Shown one piece after another: positions 47,470-56,325 of a DNA stretch of 64,000 nt. The position numbers were made by a program, and so were the translations under genes. Under the pieces are notes generated by a model. It was not told the origin of the DNA. It worked only from the letters and a program-made list of their open reading frames with translations, and made no database searches. Location: the NCBI GenBank assembly GCA_003514055.1, contig DOSG01000001.1, forward strand, positions 24,571 through 88,570, in the 5' to 3' direction. Position 1 is the first letter of the stretch; each line of letters begins with the position of its first letter. Origin of the DNA: Candidatus Yanofskybacteria bacterium (lineage in GTDB: Bacteria > Patescibacteriota > Minisyncoccia > 2-02-FULL-40-12 > GWA2-44-9).

Positions 47470-48720
47470 ATGTGGGACCCATATGCGGAGCTAAAGAAAT
47501 TTCAATTACCCAACGGCCTTACAGTCTACTTGGGCACCTGGGATCGCCCCTGGCTGAAAGTCGGGATAGTGGTCCATAGTGGTGCTAGGCAAGATGTCGA
47601 TGGCAAGGAGGGCACAGCCCACTTTGTTGAGCATCTTGTCGGCGAAAATGTTCGACCCTGGACTAACGAAACAATCAAGCGGTATTTTCAGGAATCTGGC
47701 GGTAAGGCATCGCTTGGATCAACTGGCTATAACGCTACTTCTTTTCATTTTGATATGCCGTTGGAAGGCGATAATCTTGAGCGTGCCTTAGATCTATTCG
47801 GGCACATGCTAGTGGATTGTAAAATTGAACATATGGTTGAGCGTGAGCGTCAGGTTATCATTCAGGAATTTGCTAGAAGATTTCCAATACGATGGATGGC
47901 CGATAGAGTGCTCAGGCGACGCCAATTGTTATTCCCTGGAGTTAAGCTAGCGAGGAGTCCTGGCTGGGTTGGAACTCCGGAATCTATTCTTCGTATTACT
48001 GCTGAAGATATGCAGTCGTTTTATGATCAATACTATACGCCAGCTAATATGACTATCGTGGCCGTGGGAGGATTAAAGCCAGAAGAATTCGCAGCTATTC
48101 TTAGCAAGAGTCCATTTGGCTTTGAGAAATCTGGCATACGCACTCCATTGGTGAAGCTCATCGATCATTTCAATCCACCAGAAGAGAATATGTTAATTCA
48201 TAAGATATCAGATTATTCATTACAAGCCGCTGATCGATCGGCAATTGAAAGCTTTGTTGCAATGCCTGGCACCGTGAGGCGTAAGGCTTTGGCTAGAGTC
48301 TCCGATGTATTAGGAGACGTTTTCTTCAGAGAGATTCGTGAAAAGCGAGGCTGGACTTATGGCTTTAGTTCTGGATGGGAGGACTTCGGAGAAGCCTATG
48401 AGTTTAATATCCAAGGAGCTTTCCCGTGGAATGGGCTAGAGGCCATAGAAGGTTTAGTAGATGACTGCCTTGCTATGGCAGAGAAGAATGATGATCTAAT
48501 CCAGCATCACATCAAGGCGTCTGTCCTTGGCTATAAGATTATAGACGTCAGTGGCAGTAAAGTAGTCGACGGCTCTGTGGGTGACCTTAAGTTCCATCAT
48601 CGTGTTCTATCAAATGAGGAAGAGGCCAGGGTTTCGGCCGCTGTTACGGTAGAAGAGGTCAAGTCTATCTTTCCGCTGTTAGCGAGAGATCGTCGCTGGA
48701 CCGTAATTATACATCCTTAG
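47470..48720 (+). CDS. M16 (pitrilysin) metallopeptidase
   Basis: LPNGL, AHFVEH (HxxEH), ER.VI.QE, YY.P.NM, IREKRG.TY. Confidence 0.9.
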   Translation: MWDPYAELKKFQLPNGLTVYLGTWDRPWLKVGIVVHSGARQDVDGKEGTAHFVEHLVGENVRPWTNETIKRYFQESGGKASLGSTGYNATSFHFDMPLEGDNLERALDLFGHMLVDCKIEHMVERERQVIIQEFARRFPIRWMADRVLRRRQLLFPGVKLARSPGWVGTPESILRITAEDMQSFYDQYYTPANMTIVAVGGLKPEEFAAILSKSPFGFEKSGIRTPLVKLIDHFNPPEENMLIHKISDYSLQAADRSAIESFVAMPGTVRRKALARVSDVLGDVFFREIREKRGWTYGFSSGWEDFGEAYEFNIQGAFPWNGLEAIEGLVDDCLAMAEKNDDLIQHHIKASVLGYKIIDVSGSKVVDGSVGDLKFHHRVLSNEEEARVSAAVTVEEVKSIFPLLARDRRWTVIIHP

Positions 48721-48829
48721 CTCAGAATTGATCATTAAATAAAGATGAAGAGCCTGACCAGCTCTTTTTTGTTGGGCCTAGTTTACGAAACGAGAAAAGC
48801 GTGTTATACTTTTGTCTTTAACTATTGCC

Positions 48830-50278
48830 ATGGCACAAGGTGAAGCTATAATCAGGTTCGATAAGGTGTCATTCGACTATGGACACAATAAACCCATCCT
48901 CCACGAGGTGGATTTTTCGGTTCGCCGAGAGATTAAGATGACTATCATGGGCCAGAATGGATCGGGCAAGAGCACGATTTTTCAACTTATAACTGGTGGA
49001 TTAAAGCCCGAGTCTGGAACTATTAGTACTGTGTCTAATTTAACGATAGCTATCGCTCGGCAGGTTATTCCCCGTGAGCAACTCGATCTAACTGTGCGAG
49101 ATTTTTTTCAGGCCTGTTTTGCTGACAAGATTTATGACATTGATCCACGCATCGATGCCGTGCTGGACGTAGTTAATCTACATGCGCCGCACGAGCGTAT
49201 TGTGCGTACTTTCTCTGGCGGCCAGCAGGCCCGCCTCTTATTGGCTTCGGCCCTAATCCAAGACGCCGATGTTCTGTTGCTGGATGAGCCGACTAACAAT
49301 CTGGACAAGGCTGGTATTACTCATCTTCGTCAGTTTCTAATTGATTACAAAAAAACATGTATTGTCATTTCTCACGACGCTGATTTCTTGAACGCCTTTA
49401 CTCAGGGTGTGCTGTATTTAGACTTGCATACTAGGAAAGTCGAGCAATATCAGGGCAACTACTTAAACGTGGTTGAGCAAATTGCGGCTCGTATCGAAAG
49501 AGAGAATAGTGCTAACGCTCGTTTGGCCAAGATCGCAATCGAGAAAAAAGAGAAGGCCAATTTCTTTGCCATGAAGGGTGGGCGGTTGAGATTGTTAGCC
49601 AAGCGTATGCGTGAGGATGCCGAAGATATGGAAGAAGCCCAAGTTGACGTTCGTAAGGAAGACAAGATTTTAAGGCAGTTTACGATTCCGAATCAAGAAG
49701 AATTGATTGGAAATATTGTCACGCTAAGTTCGGTTAGTATTTTTAAGAATCACAAGCCAGCCCAAAAGAAGATAAGCGTGGCACTCAATAAAAACCAGCA
49801 CCTATTACTGACTGGGCCAAACGGTATTGGCAAAAGTACTTTACTTGAAGCTCTGGCTTCGGGTAAGGCTAAGGGCGCCAAGATAGCCGAAGACGTTGTT
49901 GTCGGTTATTATCGCCAGGACTTTTCTACGCTTAATTTTGAAGATACGGTTATAGAATCGCTTAGAGCCGTGGCCAAAGGACTTGATGAGCAAGAGATAC
50001 GCTCAATAGCCGCAGGGTTTTTAATAACCGGAGAAACAATTAAGACTAAGGTTGGCGATCTTTCTGAAGGTCAGAAGGGATTGGTTGCTTTTGCTCGATT
50101 GGTAATGCAGAGACCCGGCTTACTTATTCTTGATGAGCCGACTAACCATATTAATTTTCGTCATTTGCCAGTTATTGCCAAAGCCCTTGATCAGTATCGA
50201 GGCGCAATGATTCTCGTAAGTCACGTGCCAGATTTTGTAGATCAAATTCGTATCGACCAGACGCTCGACCTGGGTTAA
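48830..50278 (+). CDS. ABC-F family ATPase
   Basis: Two ABC domains (GQNGSGKS/FSGGQ/DEPTNNLD; GPNGIGKS/LSEGQ/DEPTNH), no TM. Confidence 0.9.
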   Translation: MAQGEAIIRFDKVSFDYGHNKPILHEVDFSVRREIKMTIMGQNGSGKSTIFQLITGGLKPESGTISTVSNLTIAIARQVIPREQLDLTVRDFFQACFADKIYDIDPRIDAVLDVVNLHAPHERIVRTFSGGQQARLLLASALIQDADVLLLDEPTNNLDKAGITHLRQFLIDYKKTCIVISHDADFLNAFTQGVLYLDLHTRKVEQYQGNYLNVVEQIAARIERENSANARLAKIAIEKKEKANFFAMKGGRLRLLAKRMREDAEDMEEAQVDVRKEDKILRQFTIPNQEELIGNIVTLSSVSIFKNHKPAQKKISVALNKNQHLLLTGPNGIGKSTLLEALASGKAKGAKIAEDVVVGYYRQDFSTLNFEDTVIESLRAVAKGLDEQEIRSIAAGFLITGETIKTKVGDLSEGQKGLVAFARLVMQRPGLLILDEPTNHINFRHLPVIAKALDQYRGAMILVSHVPDFVDQIRIDQTLDLG

Positions 50279-50288
50279 TATCAAACAT

Positions 50289-51569
50289 ATGCAGGACAAC
50301 AAACAATGGGACGTTGTGGTTATCGGCGGCGGCCCAGCTGGAATGATGGCCGCCGGACGCGCGGCAGAGCGTGGCCGGAGTGTTTTGTTGTTAGAAAAGA
50401 ATCCTGTTCTTGGAAAGAAGTTGCTGATCACTGGTGGCGGAAGATGCAATGTTACCAATAATAAGCCTGAGATTCGGACGATGCTTTCGCAATACAAGGA
50501 AAGTGACAAGTTCTTGTTCTCTGCTTTCTCTCAGTTCGGCGTTACGGAGACTTTAAAATTTTTTAATGATCGCGGCATGGTCACCAAAGAGGAGGCTGAA
50601 GGTAGGGTATTCCCGGTTTCAAACAAATCGAAGAGTGTATTGGACGTACTCGTCCAATACATGAAGATTGGTGGCATAGAAGTACGTACCGATTCTGATG
50701 TTGCAGGGTTGGCCGTCGATGAGGCGGACAAGCAGATGATCGTAATTCTTGCTGATGGTTCAAAAATATTTGCTCAGTCCTGCGTCGTGGCCACGGGTGG
50801 CGTGTCCCACCCCGAGACTGGTTCCACCGGCGAGGGATTTCAATGGCTAGAAAAGTTAGGCCACAAGATAGTCAAGAACGATATGGCCTTGGTGCCCATT
50901 GCGCTCAAGGATTCTTGGGTAGAGAGTTTGGCCGGAGTAACACTGAGTCATATTAAGCTAACGACATACAAGAACGGCGCAAAGCAGGCAGCACACAAAG
51001 GTAAGATGCTATTTACGCACGTCGGCATAAGCGGGCCCGTGGTTTTAAATATGAGTCGAGAGGTGGGAGAATTATTGCATGACTCTGAAGGATCAGCGTA
51101 TGCAAAATCTTTTGAAAATGATGTCGTGATCACGCTAGATCTATTTCCATCGGAAGATATGGGCGCATTGAGGCAGAGAATCCAGACCGTTTTAGTCGAG
51201 CAGAGCAACAAGAAAATCAAGAACTCACTTTCTGAATTAATAGCTCCGGCTCTTGTCGATACGATTCTAATGCTCAGCCACATAGACGGCGAAACGCCGA
51301 ATCACAGCGTTCGCACCGAGGACCGAAAAATACTCGTCGCGATTCTTAAGTCCGTATCCATGAGCGTGGCCGGATTACTTGGCAAAGAGAAGGCGATAGT
51401 GTCGTCCGGCGGTGTAGCACTGGAAGAAGTTGACTTCAAAACGATGCAGTCTAGGCTCATCTCACAATTGTACTTGGTAGGCGATGTCCTCGACGTTGAT
51501 CGCCCTTCGGGCGGCTACAGCCTCCAGCTTTGCTGGACTACCGGCTATGTCGCCGGAAGCCACTGCTAA
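50289..51569 (+). CDS. BaiN/YhiN (HI0933) family flavoprotein
   Basis: GGGPAG, GKKLLITGGGRCNVTN, GRVFP, LFTH.G.SGP, GGYSLQ. Confidence 0.92.
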   Translation: MQDNKQWDVVVIGGGPAGMMAAGRAAERGRSVLLLEKNPVLGKKLLITGGGRCNVTNNKPEIRTMLSQYKESDKFLFSAFSQFGVTETLKFFNDRGMVTKEEAEGRVFPVSNKSKSVLDVLVQYMKIGGIEVRTDSDVAGLAVDEADKQMIVILADGSKIFAQSCVVATGGVSHPETGSTGEGFQWLEKLGHKIVKNDMALVPIALKDSWVESLAGVTLSHIKLTTYKNGAKQAAHKGKMLFTHVGISGPVVLNMSREVGELLHDSEGSAYAKSFENDVVITLDLFPSEDMGALRQRIQTVLVEQSNKKIKNSLSELIAPALVDTILMLSHIDGETPNHSVRTEDRKILVAILKSVSMSVAGLLGKEKAIVSSGGVALEEVDFKTMQSRLISQLYLVGDVLDVDRPSGGYSLQLCWTTGYVAGSHC

Positions 51570-51625
51570 TTAGTTTGTGCGTGGCTGCTTGTGCTATAAT
51601 CTGAGGATATAGAATTATTATTTGT

Positions 51626-51958
51626 ATGAAGAAAATAAAAAGAAAAACGCAGATAGAACAGCTGACAGATAAGGCAAAAATTATCGTAAGGATGTATAAG
51701 GAGCAATATCCAGATGTAAAGATGGATAGAGATTATTTTCCATTTAAAATTACCGAAGAATGGGGTGAGTGCTTACAGACGTATCTAATGCTGACAGATC
51801 GCGGGAGACAAAAGGGTAAAAGTAAAAAGGAGATACAAGACCTTTTCGCGAACGAATTTGCCGACATGTTCGCCTATTTACTTCTTTTCGCCGAAAGTGA
51901 GGGCGTTGATCCGGTAAAGGCAATGACCAAGAAGTGGTTCTCGTATTTAAAGAAATAA
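51626..51958 (+). CDS. MazG-like nucleotide pyrophosphohydrolase
   Basis: K.TEEWGE...E.AD. Confidence 0.75.
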   Translation: MKKIKRKTQIEQLTDKAKIIVRMYKEQYPDVKMDRDYFPFKITEEWGECLQTYLMLTDRGRQKGKSKKEIQDLFANEFADMFAYLLLFAESEGVDPVKAMTKKWFSYLKK

Positions 51959-52007
51959 AATTCGAATCATAGAGTTTTCAGTAAAAAAGTGATTTAATTC
52001 AGATTAT

Positions 52008-52517
52008 ATGACCACAGAATTACCGGGACAGGAACAAAAAGATGGGGCGCTAGTTGGGAACAAGTGGATTCTGCCTACGGATATGAATATCGTGTCTAGG
52101 GCCGAAGAAGAATTCGGCAAGCGACTAGTGGCGACTGGCTGGACCAATGATGAGATTAATTGGTTGAGGGTTGCATTTAGAGAGGCTTTGATCAATGCCA
52201 TCGTTCACGGTAACCTGAGCATAAAAGACAAACTTGAGACTCAAGATTGGGCTGAAGCCGCCGACGCGGTGCTTAATGCTCAGCCGACTGGCAAGAAAGT
52301 GTTTGTAAAATTAGACATTTCTCCTTATCGGATAGAAGTTGTTGTACGTGATGAGGGCAAGGGCTTTGACTACACGAAAGTAGCTGATCCGACAGAAGGA
52401 ACCGCCGTATTGGAGAGTAGTGGCCGCGGGATGCTTTTTATGAAGACTTTTTTCGATTCAATAACATATAACGGAGTTGGCAACGAGGTAACTATGGTTA
52501 AAATTAAAAGTGATTAA
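52008..52517 (+). CDS. RsbW-like anti-sigma factor / HATPase_c protein
   Basis: EALINAIVHGN, DEGKGFD, GRG. Confidence 0.88.
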   Translation: MTTELPGQEQKDGALVGNKWILPTDMNIVSRAEEEFGKRLVATGWTNDEINWLRVAFREALINAIVHGNLSIKDKLETQDWAEAADAVLNAQPTGKKVFVKLDISPYRIEVVVRDEGKGFDYTKVADPTEGTAVLESSGRGMLFMKTFFDSITYNGVGNEVTMVKIKSD

Positions 52518-52518
52518 T

Positions 52519-53289
52519 ATGAAACAGAAAAAACTTAAAATCCTTTTTTTAGATATTTTCACGGATAACGAGAAATTTAGAAAAGAAATTAGCCACATGT
52601 TATATGATGGCGGGAGCTACTCTGATCATGTTCGGAAGCTGTTCGGATTAGATAAGAGTCAATGGTTGCGCTTAGATGCGTCCAAGGGAAAGTTTCCGAT
52701 AAAGGCCCTAGATGTTTCAGCTATAGTAATTGGCGGATCGGTTAAAGATCCCGTAGAAGGCCAAGAAGATAAATGGATGAAGGAAACATATAAGTTTATA
52801 AATAAGGGCATAAAAAAGCAGTTGCCCATATTAGGTATTTGCGGTGGTTTGCAGTTCGTAATTAGGGCTTTGGGCGGAGAAATAATACTTAATCCTAAGG
52901 GTAAAGAGTTCGGCGCCATAACCGTACATATTAAAAGATCCGATCCACTTTTTGAGGGCCTAAAAAAGAGTTTTATCGTGCCATCAAATCACAAATGTAT
53001 GGTCGGTAAATTTGATGGAGATGCCAAGCTATTGGCCAGTTCAAAGATGTGCGCAATCCAAGCTCTGGCCATCGGTGACAGGATACGCCTCGTACAATTT
53101 CATCCGGAAAGAACCGAGGACCAGAATATGGCCATAGCTAAGGCGTCGAAGGAGCAGCTTATTAAGGACGGAGTCATTAGAAGCGGGAAAGAATATCCCA
53201 AATTTCTAAAATCCCTGAAGGTTAACTCCGAAGCTGGGAGGATAATAATTAATAATTTCTTAAATAATTTTGTAATCAACGGAGATTGA
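52519..53289 (+). CDS. Type 1 glutamine amidotransferase-like protein
   Basis: GGS, LGICGG.Q, QFHPE. Confidence 0.88.
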   Translation: MKQKKLKILFLDIFTDNEKFRKEISHMLYDGGSYSDHVRKLFGLDKSQWLRLDASKGKFPIKALDVSAIVIGGSVKDPVEGQEDKWMKETYKFINKGIKKQLPILGICGGLQFVIRALGGEIILNPKGKEFGAITVHIKRSDPLFEGLKKSFIVPSNHKCMVGKFDGDAKLLASSKMCAIQALAIGDRIRLVQFHPERTEDQNMAIAKASKEQLIKDGVIRSGKEYPKFLKSLKVNSEAGRIIINNFLNNFVINGD

Positions 53290-53495
53290 CTTCGCAGTTA
53301 ACACGCTATATACTAGCATAAAGCATGGAATCAAGGCATATACAAAGCTATTCATATTTCTGGTTTATAAACCTCTCTCGAGAAAGGGATTTTTTGCTGT
53401 CATAATATAAAATACATAAACTTGCAAAAACCTCTTTCTCGGAAGAGGTTTTTGTTAACTCTTCCGAGTGTTCGTTAACAATTGAAGGAAGGAGA
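53286..53495 (+). promoter_or_regulatory. Attenuator-like leader 2 (promoter, 26-aa uORF 53325..53405, terminator)
   Basis: ttgact-N17-tatact; uORF covers aaacctctctcgagaaagggattttt, a degenerate copy of aaaacctctttctcggaagaggttttt. Confidence 0.55.
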
Positions 53496-53501
53496 GCGAG
53501 T

Positions 53502-54263
53502 ATGGACTCACAGAACAATTTCGCTGCTCTATTTAAGTTTAGGCCAGAATTATCAGGATATATCGGTATTGAAAGGGAACAATTTTTGAAAGGCGACTCT
53601 GGGATATATGTGCCAGAGTCGCCAAGATTTCTTAGTCTTGCGATGAATGAGAAGTGGACATATGAATTATCGGCTTGTCAGGTTGAATCGAGGACTAATC
53701 CTCAGACTGGTTTGGCCGTCATCAAGGCAGAACTATTGGCAAATGAGAATGTCGGAAATAGAGTTGCTAACCAGCTGGGCCTAGAATTGGTGAATGAGGA
53801 AGTCGCGGCGGAAGATATGCCGCTTGATGTATATCCTAATCCTAGATATCTCAAGATTGCTAAGGTCATTTCCAGGGATCGCCTAAGAGCGGCTTGCCGT
53901 GTTGCTGGTATCCATATTCATTTAGGGGTAAGGGATCTTTCCCACGCGATTGAGGTTAACAATCTACTTGTTCCACATCTTAATGCATTGTGTGATCGCG
54001 GAGATCATTCAGGCGGGGAGAGGTTGCGACTTTATCGCGACATGGCACAGAATTGGCAGCCCGTTGTGTATGCCGGGCCTGAGCATTTATTCGAGGTTGC
54101 TCGGGCTAATGGCTTCGCCGATAATCCAAGAAATTGTTGGAAACTAATCAGGATTAGTATCCACGGGACGGTCGAGTTGCGAATGTTCGGTTCGACGAAT
54201 AGTGTCGATGAAATAATCGAATGGATTTCTGTTGTGAAGGCAATCACGAAAGGAGCGCTGTGA
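53502..54263 (+). CDS. Glutamate-cysteine ligase family 2 (carboxylate-amine ligase), short form
   Basis: GIERE, EL..CQVE.RT, GIHIHLG, GTVELR. Confidence 0.8.
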   Translation: MDSQNNFAALFKFRPELSGYIGIEREQFLKGDSGIYVPESPRFLSLAMNEKWTYELSACQVESRTNPQTGLAVIKAELLANENVGNRVANQLGLELVNEEVAAEDMPLDVYPNPRYLKIAKVISRDRLRAACRVAGIHIHLGVRDLSHAIEVNNLLVPHLNALCDRGDHSGGERLRLYRDMAQNWQPVVYAGPEHLFEVARANGFADNPRNCWKLIRISIHGTVELRMFGSTNSVDEIIEWISVVKAITKGAL

Positions 54264-55657
54264 TGTCTAAACACGAAAAAGAGATGCGCGAATCTTTCGA
54301 TATCCAAGCGAAAAGTTTGTTGGAATCTGGTGATAGATTCGTAAAGATCGCCGGAGGTGCTAAGGTCGGGCTCGAATCAGAGTTAGCAGTTCACGCTAGG
54401 CTGAGCGACGAGGAATTAGTTAAAAGACGAGACGCCATAATCGCCGATAACATAGATTTCGCCGACTTTGAGCTTGGAGCTAGCCAGGTAGAGATAAGGA
54501 CTCCGCCCATAGATTTACTTTCCAGTAATGGCGTCGTGATGCTGAGAGATGTATACGAGAAAAGATTTACTAATGTGCTGGAATCAGCTCGCAGGAATAA
54601 GGTTGGGATATTGCGCGTGGGTGCAAATCCATTCCTGCCGACAATTGGTACTCCCAGGACAGATAAGCCGAAGTATCGCTTGGTCCCAGATTTCTATAAT
54701 CAACATCGGAATCCGAACTTGGATACCATAATTGGTTTTGGCAAGGGAAGAGTCGACATCGGAGACGCAGCTATCGTGTCTCTATTCCAGTCTTTCCAAG
54801 TAAATCTGGAGGCCAGCTCGCTAGATGATGTTTGTGACAAAATGAATAGATCGTTAGCCATCGCTCCGTACCTGCTAGCTTTTTCTGGTAACGCCAGATA
54901 CCTCAGTCGCCAAGACACTAAGATCCAAGATGCTCGGATGATGAGTTGGGAAGTAAGTCATAATGATCGAGCTTTTCAAGATACAAGATTGCAGGATCTG
55001 AGAATAATATCTTGGGAAAAGAGCTTCGATGTAAGACCAGGGAAGAGTGAAGATTGGTCCAATGAGCTGCGAGTTGGTTTACCCGGCAGATATTTCAGAG
55101 ACATGGCGGGCTATCTTAAAAGAGCCGGAACGTTTCCTTTCATTCTGCATGCTCCGGAATCAGCGCTAGCGATATCAATAGGGATGACTTGGCTCGACGC
55201 TCGTGCGAAGTTCATCGGTGACTCGGCCATAGTTGAATTGAGACTACCATCTACACAACCAACGATAGAAGAAGAGATGCTACTTACTCTTCTATACGTT
55301 GGTAGGCTGCACTACTCTCAGATGAGTGGCGAAAGACTGTTGCCGATCAATATGGTCAGAGAAAATAGACTTTCAGCCATGCTCTACGGCCTCAAGAGAC
55401 CGATGTGGTTCTTGGATAAAGACGGCAATTCGATAAAGCTACCAGCTAGGACTGGCATAGAAGCAGAGATCGAATTGGCGATGAGTGGCCTAGATCAATT
55501 AGGTTTGTTACCGGCGTTGAATGTAGAATTGCTTGATTCATTGTTCGATGTTGGTTCTCCATCTGATAGGCTAGGGAAGTTGCTAGATCCGATCGACAGC
55601 ATATCGATTGGCGACATGGAAGATGCTCTTTCGGCAACTAAAATGCTAGTTGTGTAA
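54263..55657 (+). CDS. Glutamate-cysteine ligase family 2 protein, long form
   Basis: GLESE, ELG.SQVEIRT, SFQVNL, VELR...QPT; TGATG overlap with upstream paralog. Confidence 0.75.
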   Translation: MSKHEKEMRESFDIQAKSLLESGDRFVKIAGGAKVGLESELAVHARLSDEELVKRRDAIIADNIDFADFELGASQVEIRTPPIDLLSSNGVVMLRDVYEKRFTNVLESARRNKVGILRVGANPFLPTIGTPRTDKPKYRLVPDFYNQHRNPNLDTIIGFGKGRVDIGDAAIVSLFQSFQVNLEASSLDDVCDKMNRSLAIAPYLLAFSGNARYLSRQDTKIQDARMMSWEVSHNDRAFQDTRLQDLRIISWEKSFDVRPGKSEDWSNELRVGLPGRYFRDMAGYLKRAGTFPFILHAPESALAISIGMTWLDARAKFIGDSAIVELRLPSTQPTIEEEMLLTLLYVGRLHYSQMSGERLLPINMVRENRLSAMLYGLKRPMWFLDKDGNSIKLPARTGIEAEIELAMSGLDQLGLLPALNVELLDSLFDVGSPSDRLGKLLDPIDSISIGDMEDALSATKMLVV

Positions 55658-55741
55658 TGGGGATCGAGTAACTGCGGCTCAGGTTGTGAAAGCGACCTGA
55701 GCCATTTTTAATTGCTCCAGCCAGTCTTATGCTATAATCTG

Positions 55742-55987
55742 ATGTATATGTATTTTGTATATCTTATTGAGTGCGGCGATAAAAGTATTTATACGGGCAT
55801 AACCACGGACGTGGCGCGTAGGTTTGAGGAACACAAAACTGGTAAAGGTGGGCACTATACGAGATCGAGAGGAGTCGCCAGAGTTGTGTATACTGAGAAG
55901 CTTAAAACAAGAAGCAAGGCACTAAAACGTGAATTTGAAATAAAAAGTTGGCCTCGCCAGAGAAAGCTAGGCCTAATCAAAAAATAG
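55742..55987 (+). CDS. GIY-YIG nuclease family protein (UPF0213)
   Basis: YFVYL..C.D.S.YTG.T.D..RR..EH..GKG..YT...ALKRE..IK. Confidence 0.9.
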   Translation: MYMYFVYLIECGDKSIYTGITTDVARRFEEHKTGKGGHYTRSRGVARVVYTEKLKTRSKALKREFEIKSWPRQRKLGLIKK

Positions 55988-55996
55988 AGACGATAT

Positions 55997-56320
55997 TTGA
56001 CCCGTATCCTAGGCCGTGGTATGATATCTATACCTTGACTCTTTATCATTGATGAGTCTGGGTGATTGTCAGTCCGAAAGGGCTATAAAAGCTAGGCAAT
56101 CTAAATCGTAAAAATGTCCAACAATACTGTAGAAATCAATATTTTCCTTAATTATGTGCCTTCTGGCACTGGTTATAGTATTCGCGATTGTATCGCGGCA
56201 TTTAGACATAAACGATTCCTGGATTCTATTTAATCTTATTCGTTTGTAGATAAGCGCCGCGGATGGAATCCGCGGCGCTGTTGTTTTTATCAGCGCCAAT
56301 GCTCTTTAACAATGGAGGCA
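55997..56320 (+). promoter_or_regulatory. Attenuator-like leader 3 (promoter, GAAA hairpin, 39-aa uORF 56114..56233, terminator, boxA)
   Basis: ttgacc-N17-tatgat; cgcgattgtatcgcggca in uORF mimics terminator ccgcggatggaatccgcggcgc; tgctctttaaca at 56300-56311. Confidence 0.5.
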
Positions 56321-56325
56321 AAAGT

